From positions 84,568,001-84,632,000 of the forward strand of contig NC_043002.1 in NCBI RefSeq assembly GCF_006345805.1: 64,000 bases of DNA. The letters are read 5' to 3'. Shown here piece after piece: positions 39,482-50,900 of the stretch; the stretch's first letter is position 1; the number at the start of each line of letters is the position of its first letter. A program made the translations under genes and the position numbers. Under the pieces are notes generated by a model that was given only the letters and a program-made list of their open reading frames with translations, made no database searches and was not told the origin of the DNA. This stretch comes from Octopus sinensis. Lineage: Eukaryota.

Positions 39482-40586
39482 TTAATAATTACATCTCTGA
39501 ATAAGCATGAACACACACACATGTAATCACTTTATGTCTGCTTTCTATGCTGGCATGGATTGGACAAATATGGCTCAAGTTATTATTGGGCACCACACCC
39601 TCATAAGTTGGAGGATCACACCTTGCTTGTACATTGTATTTTGAATTGGTTTCTATGGCTTAATGCCCTGTCTATATATATATATATAAGAATTTTTTGC
39701 TTAATAAAATAAAAAAAACCAAGGCTATATATATATCTTATTACTCAAAATATTCTTATATACACATGATGACATAGAACCAATGTTGAACCCTTTATTC
39801 GCAATATTACCGAATGTGGAACTTAACTATGGTCTGTCTATAGCACTTATTCAGCATTACCTGACACCTTTGGGTCTCAATGACACCATTATCTCTTATA
39901 ACCTCAACTTCTCACTATATCATCATCATCATCATCATTTAGCATCTGCTTTCCATGCTAGCATGGGTTGGACGGTTCAACTGGGGTCTCGGAAGCCAGA
40001 AGGCTGCGCCAGGCCCAGTCTGATCTGGCAGTGTTTCTACGGCTGGATGCCCTTCCTAATGCCAACCACTCCGTGAGTGTTGTGGGTGCTTTTTACGTGC
40101 CACCTGCACAGGTGCCAGACGAGGCTGGTATATATATATATATATATATATATTTCAGTATGTGTGTATGTAGGTATATATATATATATATATATATAAT
40201 ATACATACACCTACATAGACAAAACAGGCTTTCTTGCAGTTTCTGTCTACCAATTTCACAGTAGACATCAATTATTGTAGAAGATGCTCTCAAAAGGTAC
40301 TACACAGTAGGACTGAACCTAAAAACCAAGAAATTGCTAACTTTTTAACCACAGAGCTATGCCTACACATTGATACAGTTAAAAATAAGTTATATTGAAA
40401 AATTAATCAAATGAAAACAAGTATCAACACAAAAAGACCTCTTGAAGTTTTCATAAGTGTTTGTCCATCTGTCTGCTTTTTATCAATCATTATTGGAGCT
40501 TCATGGAATTTTGGGAGGGCATTAGTTGACTGCATCAACTCCTGGTCCTTAGGTGATAGTTATTTTATTAACCCTGAAAGGTTTAA

Positions 40587-40807
40587 CCCTTTAGTGTTCA
40601 GATTAATCTGTTAAATGTAATACTTTTTTCACTCAAATTATTTTCAATTAATCATACATTATCTTATAGCTTTGAAGTTTCAATGGTGTGATAGTTTAAT
40701 CTTAGAATGTCAATGTAGGTTAGGTGTGAGGGGCTAGATATAGCCAGTTTGAATGTAAAACATGTAGGATATTTGGGCTGGATATGGCCGGCTTAAACAC
40801 TAAAGGG
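40587..40807. mobile_element. piggyBac-type MITE, same family in reverse orientation, inserted in a SINE
   Basis: TTAA|CCCTTTAGTGTT ... AACACTAAAGGG|TTAA; interior is the reverse complement of 39259-39481. Confidence 0.8.
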
Positions 40808-41103
40808 TTAAAGGTAAAGTTGACCTTAACAGGATTTGAACTTGGAATGCTAAAATCCAGATGCTGAAACTTTATTGCTTTTGCTAGTCTTCTGCTTTGA
40901 GTTTTATATAATATCATGATGATATATCTTAAGGGATGAATGCTGTAATATGGAAGCATAGTCTTTGTGGACTGAGTTTCTTGTTAGATTTCAATTCTCA
41001 TGAATATTTACATTCTTAAAGCTCTTCGAAAAGGCTTCAGCATCACAAAATTTAAATTCTGTCATTCAATGTGTGAGACAACTTTGCTACAGAATCATAA
41101 TAA

Positions 41104-41521
41104 TCTCTATATATATAAAGCTGAAGTTGTCTGTGTGTGTGCGGCAGGTTTGGTAGGCTTCAACTAACACTATCTTCTCTGAGACCCTGCGGCACAAGTT
41201 GACCAAAATTGAGAGTATGATAGAAGAAGGCTTGTTCTTCCTTCCGTAAAAGAAAAAATTCAAATCGGACCATGTTAACACCAAAAGTTATTTACATCAA
41301 AAAGGTGCTTTTTCTATGAAAATCCCCATTTTTTACGATTTTTTGACTGCTGTGTCGCAATTTTTCAGTGTATTTCAACCAGAAAAATGTTCACTTAAAG
41401 AGAATAACAAACTACATAATGCAAAATTTTTACTTTTCAAAAATTCCAATTCTAAAGGGTCGAAAAGAATTAAGTGCAACTAAAAAAACAAACCCGAGCA
41501 ACGCCGGGGCTATACTGCTAG
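41104..41521 (+). mobile_element. Non-autonomous Helitron
   Basis: A|TC 5' end (tctctatatatataaagctgaag), subterminal hairpin CCCGAGCAACGCCGGG (41493-41508), CTAG|T 3' end, no TSD. Confidence 0.85.
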
Positions 41522-42457
41522 TTTTTTTTTATATAAACAACAATCATAGCATGATTTTAAGTCTTTGATAAACAGTGTAAACCATTTTAAGTCTTCTGAT
41601 CGGTTCCTGTCAAACCATCCGACTCATGTCAGCATGGAAAACAGACGTTAAATGGTGATGATGACGAGGATCGAAGCAGAGTTTAATGTCTCAAGATGCT
41701 GTTGGAGTTGAACATAACAAACGGTAGGCATGATATATTGTATTCTTGACTAAATTTATCTACGCGAGGAACGGACATCGATTTATTGAACAAGGAAAGA
41801 TAACTACAATAAAGTATCATCTCATCTGCTCTGTTGAACTTTTTAAAACTAGACATTATGTACCGGCTTTATTAGTCATTACGTCTGAAATTTCATCAGA
41901 GTGAAAATACTGTACTGCTTTTGGAGGGACAGAATGGTCCCTATGCAGCGCTGCAATTTAATATAAAATCTATAGTAAATTTTAGCGTGGCCCATAAGCC
42001 ACGCTACGATATCTTGGTACAGTATGTGAAAAATATTCCTTTTTTAAGAGGTAACTGTTTTACAAAAATATCAGAATGAGAACTCAATAGAATATTCGTA
42101 CAAGCCTGACACAGTATTAAATAATTTATTTTTGACATTAAAAATGCCAAAACTAATTGTTTCACCATTAGGCACAAGGAAATTACCTATGTCTTCTCTA
42201 AGGAGAAGTAAAAAAAACGCTGAAAATGAACTCAAATTTGTGTCGCAACAAAATTTATTTACATTGAAGGGAAGTAACTCTGTTAACTAAGGGAGACAAG
42301 TATAGTGACTGGTGCAACTATTTTCCCTAACACTAATTGTAAACGGATGTCACGAGTGGCACAGTTTCCCGTAAAAATCGAATAATATTGGTTTCAAATT
42401 TTAGCACAATGTCAGCAGTTTCAGGGGAGAGGATATGTCGATTACATCGACTCCAAG

Positions 42458-44040
42458 ATAGAAATTCTCACCAAACTGGAACAACACATCAATGTATTCC
42501 TTTTGGGTGACGTTAACTTCTCCAGTGTGTGGTGGCCGAGGGCCAGATGCTCTCAGGAATAAAACACCACCAGCTGGCACAGGCAGAGTCCCGGCTCCAC
42601 CTTCTCAATACTTCTTTCATGGAGCAGATTGTGCTGCAATCAACTAGGGCAAATTATATACTGGATCTCTGCTTCACAAACAACAAGGACATTATCCATG
42701 GTGTCAGAGTGATGCCGACACTGGTCTCGGATCACAATATGGTGCAGCTGTTTATGTGTGGACCAGAAACCCCTGCAGACATGCAGCCTATGCGAAGCAC
42801 CCAAAGTCTCTCCAAACTAAATTTTCATAAAGCAAATTGGAAATTGATTGGAAGAGAGTTCATCAAACAGGATTGGCCTAAATGTCTCTCCACACCAGAC
42901 ATTGACATAAAGCAAGCATTTAATGTCGATAAAACAAACCATATATGACAAATCTGTCCCATTGTGCAGGGGTTAACATACACAAAAACAGGATCCCTAG
43001 GAAAAGGAAGATTCTTATGAGACGACGGACAAAGATTGTGAACCGTCTGAGCAAGCACCCCAAAAGTAGTGGGAAGTCTCACCTGCAGAGAGCGTTATTG
43101 GAGATTGAAAAAAGTCAAGTCTGCATCAGTCTCATGAGAAGGAGAGAGCAGATAAAAAAAGCTTTGGTTATAGAAAATATCAAGTTGAACCTCAAAGTTT
43201 TTAAGTATGCCAAAGAAGCGGCCTCAGTGCGTCGGAGGGTGGGTGGTACACCTCTTCCGGGGAGATGGCTCCCTCAGAGGAAACCCCATGATGATAAGTG
43301 AAATACTGAACGAACAGTTCCAAAGTGTGTTCACTACACCTCTGGGATACAGGCAAATGAACAAACCAGCAGAATTCGTTGCCACTTTACCTGTAACCAA
43401 AAGAGACGAAAATTGAGTACATCAACATTGAGGAAAAAGATGTAGCGCTGGCCATGGGTGGGGGTAGATGTGGACTCAGCTGCTTGCCCTGGTGGATTTT
43501 TAGCGGTCCTTCTCGTGTTGTGCTGGCGGGCCCTTGATGAACCACTGCAGCTTCTTTTTCAGAGCTTTCTTGTGGATGGTAGACTTCCGGATGAGCTGAA
43601 GGAGGGGATAGCGTGCTCTATCTGTCGGGCAGGAGGCAGAGCAGATGCTAAAAGCTATAGGGCTATCTCTCAGACTTCGCACATCAGCAAAGTCATGGAA
43701 TGAATGGTCTGCAGGAAGCTAATCACGTTCCTTGAGGAAATGACTTGCTGACTGGCGCTCAGCATGGATTTCGACCAGGTGGAAGCTGTCTAACACAGCC
43801 CTTGCAGTACTGCAACTGGGTGTTGAGACAGCTGCGAAATGATTCAAGTGTGGATGTGATATATTTTGACTTTGCAGAAGACTTTGATAAAGTCGACAGC
43901 GGTATGATATGTCACAAACTGCGTGGTCTTGGTGTGGGCAGAAAACTTAGAGAGTGGCTGCACGACTTTCTGAAGGATAGACGTCGGGCAGTAGTGGCCA
44001 GCGGAGCTACCTCCGGGGAGATACAAGTGGTGAGTGGTGG
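42458..44040 (+). mobile_element. CR1-group LINE ORF2, 5' half (endonuclease end to RT domain ...QVVSG)
   Basis: LLGDVNF, LDLCFTN...[55 protein letters not shown]; frameshifted; stops abruptly at a (TA)n tract. Confidence 0.9.
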
Positions 44041-44384
44041 TATATATATATGCATATATGTATATATATATATGTATATATATATGTATATATATATACA
44101 TATATATATGTATATATATGTATATATATATATGTATATATATATACATATACATATATGTATATATATATGTATATATATTCATATACATATATGTATA
44201 TATATATATGTATATTATATATATATATATGTAATATATATGTATAATTATATACATATATATATGTATATATATGTATATATAATATGTATATATATAT
44301 GTATATATATACATATATATATATCTGTATATATATACATATATATATATTATATATATATACATATATGTATATATATATATG

Positions 44385-44417
<33 letters not shown>

Positions 44418-44622
44418 GTATATATATATAGTATATATATATGTATATATATGTATATATATAATATAGTATATTATATATCTTATATATATATATGTTA
44501 TATATATGAGTATATATATATATATATGTATATAAATATTATATATATATGTATATATATTATATTATGTATATATATATTATATTATATATATGTATAT
44601 ATATATATATGTATATATATAC

Positions 44623-44654
<32 letters not shown>

Positions 44655-45125
44655 ATGTATATATATATATGTATATATATATGTATATATATATATATGT
44701 ATATATATATGTATGTATATATATATGTATGTATATATATATGTATGTATATATATATATGTATATATAAGGTATATATATATATATGTAGGTATCTATA
44801 ATGTATATATATATATTATTCTATATATGTATATATATATATATATTATATATATATGTATGTATATATATATATGTATATATATATGTATAATATATAT
44901 AATATATATATATCTATATAATATTATGTATATCTATCTGTATATATATATGTATATATATATATATGTATATATATAGTATATATATATATATTGTATA
45001 TATATATGTAATATATATATATATGTATATATTATGTATATATATATTATATGTATTATATATGTCTATATATTATATAGTAATATATATGTATATATGT
45101 ATATATATATATATATTTATAATAA
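44041..45125. repeat. Degenerate (TA)n microsatellite
   Basis: Direct inspection. Confidence 0.97.
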
Positions 45126-45246
45126 GATTAACTCGTATACGAGTGGGTATATATGAAGTTTGAAAATGCTGGCTATATTAGACAAATTTTAATTTAACAT
45201 GTTTCGGTTCTTGAAATGACGAACCTTATAAAAAAAATATATATAA

Positions 45247-45510
45247 TAAAGAGAGTCCATGCTATATGTTTAAAGAGTATGATGTAATAGTTCATAATTG
45301 TGACATATATTCAATAGAGTCAAATATAAAAATTCATATATAATATTCAATAGAGTCAAATATAAAAATTCATATTAATATTCAATAGAGTCAAATATAA
45401 AAATTCATATATAGAAAAAGAGAGTCCATGCTATATGTTTAAAGAGTATGATGTAGTAGTTCATAATTGTGACATACATTCAATAGAATCAAAAATAAGA
45501 AATTCATGTT
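45247..45510 (+). repeat. Nested duplication: two about 90-bp units enclosing 3 x 32-33-bp repeats
   Basis: aaaagagagtccatgctatatgttt... occurs twice; attcaatagagtcaaatataaaaattcat occurs three times. Confidence 0.85.
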
Positions 45511-46039
45511 CTTGGAAAGCGAGGAGTTCATTTTAGATTTTACCTTGGTTCCAATGGGAGCAACAGTAATGATTTTTGGTCGGTGTCTGCTCGCATAATT
45601 TTGGTGAATTTTGTGATTGTTGGATTTATATCAGCTCAGCTAAGCTGTGGTCACTTGCACTTTTCACTGACGTCATATAGTTCCAAACCAATCAAAACCC
45701 AGTCCTCAACGAATATAGTGAAAAGACTCCTAACTGTATCCTGTTAGGAAACCAACCAAGCGGAACGACAGTGTTGGCAACGGAAGAAATACGTCATCAT
45801 TTTTTTGACGAAACGAATCGAAATTGATTTGACCCATGACTGTATCCTGTTAGGTGGCTAGTCCCAGCAGAACGAGACGTCATCAATGTTTTGACCAATC
45901 AGAATCGGGTCTGACCCATAGCTGTATCGTGTGGGGAAACCGACCAAGCAGGGTGACAATAGCTTGACCACTGAGGTAATACGTCATCAGTTTTTTGACG
46001 AATCAGGATTAGATCTGCTCGTAGAGAAAGAGATCTTTT

Positions 46040-46240
46040 TATAAATTTTTCCTTCCCTTTTTTCTTTCCCCTTTTTCTTTTTCTTTTTCTTCTTTCTTTT
46101 TTCTTTTTTCTTTTCTTCTCCCCTTTTTTCTTTTTTCTTTTCCTTTTTTCTTTTTTTTTTTTCCTTTTTCTTTTTTTTCTTTTTCCCTTTCCTTTTCTCT
46201 TTTCTTCTCTTTCCTTTCCTTTCTTTTCTTTGCTCCACAA
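46040..46240. repeat. Polypyrimidine (T/C) tract
   Basis: Near-pure T/C; A-rich on the minus strand. Confidence 0.95.
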
Positions 46241-46869
46241 AAATTCCTTCAGCCTTTAGAAGTCTAACTTAGCAGTCTTGTGAAAAGAACAGTAATGTGG
46301 CAAATACCTTATCATATAGCATGAAATGATCCCACCTCATGTGGATTAACCATGGATAAATTCATCGTCTGTGAGTATGAAATTCCTCCTCATATCTCTG
46401 GAAATTTACATCTACACTACGGATTAATTCACCTTCTCTGTGAGCTAATAAGCTTTTTTTAAAACCTGTGATAAGACTGTGCATCATCATTAAGGAACTT
46501 TGGAAATCTGTTTACAACCTAAATCTGCTTTTAATGAAATTATCTCCAATACTTCATGAGTATAGCCTCACCCACTAAGATGTTTGGAGAACTCATATGT
46601 ATTTTAGCTGATGAGTACGGGACACTTTATCTGCTGCAATTTTTGCACCTTTTAATAAAGCCTGTCTTTGTATGAAACATTGTACTAAAACTAATCCATT
46701 CTTGTTGCTTCTTTCTCGTTTATAATCACCCCACATTACTGTATGGTTAACACCATATAGTTTTCTGGTGCATCTAAGTTAAGTACCGCATTCAAGTAAA
46801 TTCATTAGAATTGACTTGAATCTTAATTGCTTTTATTGCATATATATATATATATGTATATATTTATTT

Positions 46870-47918
46870 ATTTTATTTTATTTTATCTAGTTTCAGCTCA
46901 CGAGCTGTGGCCATGCTGGGGCACCGCCATTTGGTGTTGCTACATGATTTTACTTCACGAATGCTTTTTAGTAATTGCCGTTTGGTGCATGAGAGAGTTC
47001 GATGCAGCTGCCCTCATCTGCACCTCCTGCCGTGAAGTTGGTTCATCTGGGACACCTGACAGGAAGAGAACCAGTTTTATTTTAAAGACATCTGCATCTA
47101 CTCCATGCAGGTCTCTCAGGTTCTTCGGGGGGATATTGAAGAGTTGTGGGCCTCTGAAGCCCAGGCTATCACAGTATCTTGTCCTACATCTTGATGGCAA
47201 ATTTGGAGTCCTTGGAACTATGCAGTGGCGCCCAGTTCTAGTATTTGTGTAACTCTCAATGCCAAAGTTTGGGACACGTCCCTCCAGGATCTTCCAGATG
47301 TATATTATGGCATAGCTTTCTCGCCTACGCTCTAAGGAATAGAGTCTTAATCTCTTGAGTCTTTCCCAGTAGCTTATATGCTGCACAGAGGCTAACTTCT
47401 TCGTGTAGCTTCGTTGGATCGCCTCAAGTTCTGTGATTAATTTGACACTGGTTGGTGACCATAGCTGAGAGCAATAGTCAAAGTGGCTTAGGACAAGTGT
47501 CCTCCAGAGGACCATCATGGTTTCCTGGTCTCTTGTTCTAAAGGTTCTATGAATCCATCCGGTCAGCCGCCTACATTTCATTGCCAATTTAGCAACATGC
47601 ACATGAAAGGTTGCATCATTACTCATGTAAATACCCAGGTCTCGCACTGATTGTGCCTCTGGGATTGCAATCCCTCCAGGTCAGTGTAGTTTATTGGGTA
47701 TTGCATTTAGTTTTGCATGCTGATAGCATAAAGCTTGAAACTTTTCAGCATTGAACTGCATGCTATTCTTTTCAGCCTACTTGTATATTTTGTCCAGCTC
47801 ACATTGCAGGTGCATAGTGTCTTCAGGGTTCTGTATTGCCTGTGAAACTTTTGTTTCATCTGCATAACTTGTGATCGTGGCTCTCTGCGTGGCTGAGGGC
47901 ATGTCTGAGAGGGCCATT
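46870..47918 (-). mobile_element. CR1-group LINE ORF2, 3' half plus 3' tail
   Basis: MALSDMP...YADETK (YADD-like), RDLGIYMS, LSHFDYCSQLWSP, LEAIQRSYT, YWERLKRLRLYSLERRRE; 3' tail GGCGGTGCCCCAGCATGGCC...(ATAAA)n. Confidence 0.92.
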
Positions 47919-47977
47919 GTGGTTGAGCAGTCGTTTTAGCACCCTGTCATAGCGTTGTATGGAGCTGAGTTAGGCAG

Positions 47978-50900
47978 CTTAAAATAAAAAAATATAAATA
48001 AAAATCAAAAGGAAAAAATATTGAAAAAATTAAAATAAAAAAATTAATAAAAAAAAAGAATAAAATAAAATAAAATAAAAAATAAAAAATAATTTTTCTT
48101 ATATTTTAGATTTAATTTTATTTTTAATTTTATTTATTTTATGTTTTATATTTCATATTTTATTTTAATTTTTTTATTTAAAAAAATAAATACATAAATA
48201 AATAAATAATTTTTATATTTTTTATGTTTGTTTTTTTTTAATTGTTTTTTTTCCCATTTGTTTATTTTTTAATATTTATTTTATTTTATTTTGATAGAGT
48301 AAGATAGGCGGAGATAGAGTGAGATAGGCGGAGATAGAGTGAGATAGGCGGAGATAGGTGGAGATAGTCAGAGATAGCCGGAGATTGCCGGAGATAGCCG
48401 GAGATTGCCGGAATAGAATTTTGGGAGATTTCCCAATGCTGGGTGTTAAAACACCCGGGAGAGAGTGAGACAGGCGGAGATAGAGTGAGATAGGTGGAAA
48501 CAGAGTGAGATAGGTGGAGATAGAGTGAGATAGGTGGAGATATTTAAAAACAAATTTATTTATTTTTTTTAATTCTTTAAAATTTTTTATTCTTTTAATT
48601 GTTTTTATTTTTATTTTTTCACTTTATTTTATTTTATTTATTTAATAAAATAAAATAAAATGAAAATAAAATTATAAAAAATTAAAATAAAATAAGATAA
48701 AATGAAAATAAATATAACAAATGAATAAAAAAATAAAATGAAATAGAATAATATAAAAAATAATAAAAAATAATATAAAAAATAAAATAATATAAAATAA
48801 AATGATATAAAATAAAATAAAATAAAAAATAAAATAAAATAACAAATAAAATTAAAATAAAATAAAATTAAAAAAATAAAATAACATAAAATAAAATTAA
48901 ATTAAAAAAATATATAAAATATATAGATAAAAATAAAAATAAAATACTAAAAAAAGTAAAATATAAAGAAATGAAATGAAAATGAAATAAAATAAAATGA
49001 AATATAGATAAAAATAAAATTAAAAACAAAATAAAAATAAAATACAATAAAAAAAAAAATTTTATTAAAAAAAGTTTTTGTTTTTTTTTATTGTTTTTTA
49101 TTTTTATTTGTTTTCATTTTTATTTTATTTTATCTTGATAGAGTGAGATAGGCGAAGATAGAGTGAGATAGGCGGAGATTGGCGGAGATTACCGGAGATT
49201 GCCGGAGATAGGCGGAATGGCATTTTGGGAGATTTCCCAATAATGCTGGAGAGGGAGAAAGTTAGATTGGCGGAGATTAGTATAGTGGTGCGGAGATTGG
49301 CAGAGATTGTCGGAGATTGGCAGAAATTTACGGAGATAGGCGGAGATATGCAGAGATAGGCGGATATTGGCAGAGATACGCGGAGATTGGCCTAGATTGG
49401 TGGAGATATTGCGGAGATAAGCAGAGATTGGCGGAGATACCCGGAGATAGGCGGAGATAGGCTGAATAGCATTTTGGGAGATTTTCCCAATAATGCTGGA
49501 TCTTAAAACACCTGGGAGAGAGTGAGATAGGCGAAGAAAGAGTGAGATTGGCGGAGATTGGCTGAGATTGGCGGAGATAGGGTGAGATTGTTGTAGATTG
49601 GCGGAGAATAGGCGGGGATTGGTGGATATAGGGGGAATAGCATTTTGGGAGATTTCCCAATAATGGTGGGAGTTAAAAGGCCTTGGAGATAGTGAGATAG
49701 AGTGAGATATTTTGAGATAGAGTGAGATTGGCGGAGTTTGCTGGAGATTGCCGTAGATTGCCGGTGTTTTGCCGGAGATTGCTGGTGATTGCAGGAGTTT
49801 GCCGGAGATTGCCGGAGTTTTCCAGACATTGCGGAGTCTGCCGGAGATTGCCGTAGATTGCCGAAATTTTCCGGAGCTTTCCGGAGATTGCCGGAGATTA
49901 CGAAAATTGGAGAATGCGGGAGTTTGCCGCTGATTGCAGCAGTTTTCCGGAGATTGCTGGAGTTTGGCGGAGATTGCCGGAGTTCATCGCACTTTGCGAG
50001 AGATTACCGGAGTTTGCTGGCGTTTGTCGGAGATTGCCGAAAATTGCCGGAGATTACCGGAGAATGCCGGAGATAGCCGGAGATTGGTGGAATAGCATTT
50101 TGGGAAATTTCCCAATAATGCTGGGTGTTAAAACACCTGAGACAGAGTTAGATAGGCGGAGAATGGCGGAGGTTGCCGAAGATTGCCGGAGTTTGCCGGA
50201 AAGACCCGAAGATTATCGGAGATTGCCGGAGATAGCCGGAGAAAGCTGGAGATTCCCGGAGATAGCCAGAGATAGCCTGGGTTTGCTGGAGATTGCCGGA
50301 GACAGACGGAGATTGCTGCAGATTGCCGGAGATAGCCGCAGATATCCGAGATAGTCGGAGATAGCAGGAGATAGCTGGATACAGCCGGAGGTAGCAGGAG
50401 ATTGGCGGAATAGCATTTTGGGAGATTTCATAATAATGCTGGGTGTTAAAACACCTGGGAAAGCGTGAGTGAGATGGAGTGAGGTAGGCGGAGATAATTA
50501 AAGAGCAACAAAAAATAAAAAATAAAATAAATTTTTTTATTCTTTTATAAATTAAAATTAAAAAATAAAATAAATAAAATAAAATAATATAAAATAAAAT
50601 AAAGAATAAAATAAACTAAAATACATAGAAAATAAAATAAAACAAAATAAAATAATATAAAATAAAAAAAATTAAAATAGAATAAAATAACATAAAATAA
50701 AAAATAAAATGAAAATAAAATAAATATTTTATTTTATTTCATTTTATTTATTTTATTTTATTTTTTATTTCATTTTATTTACATAGAGTGAGATTGGCGA
50801 GATTGGCGAGATTGGCGGAGATTTGCGGAGATAGGCAGAGATAGAGTGAGATAGGCGGAGATAGGCGGAGTGTGATAGGCGGAGACAGAGTCAGATAAGC

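Noticed and set aside
43844-45163. Many Y/I/M-rich ORFs (also at 53673-54660)
   Set aside because: Translations of (TA)n microsatellites.
45899-46240. Lys/Arg-rich ORF resembling a protamine or NLS
   Set aside because: Antisense reading of a polypyrimidine tract.
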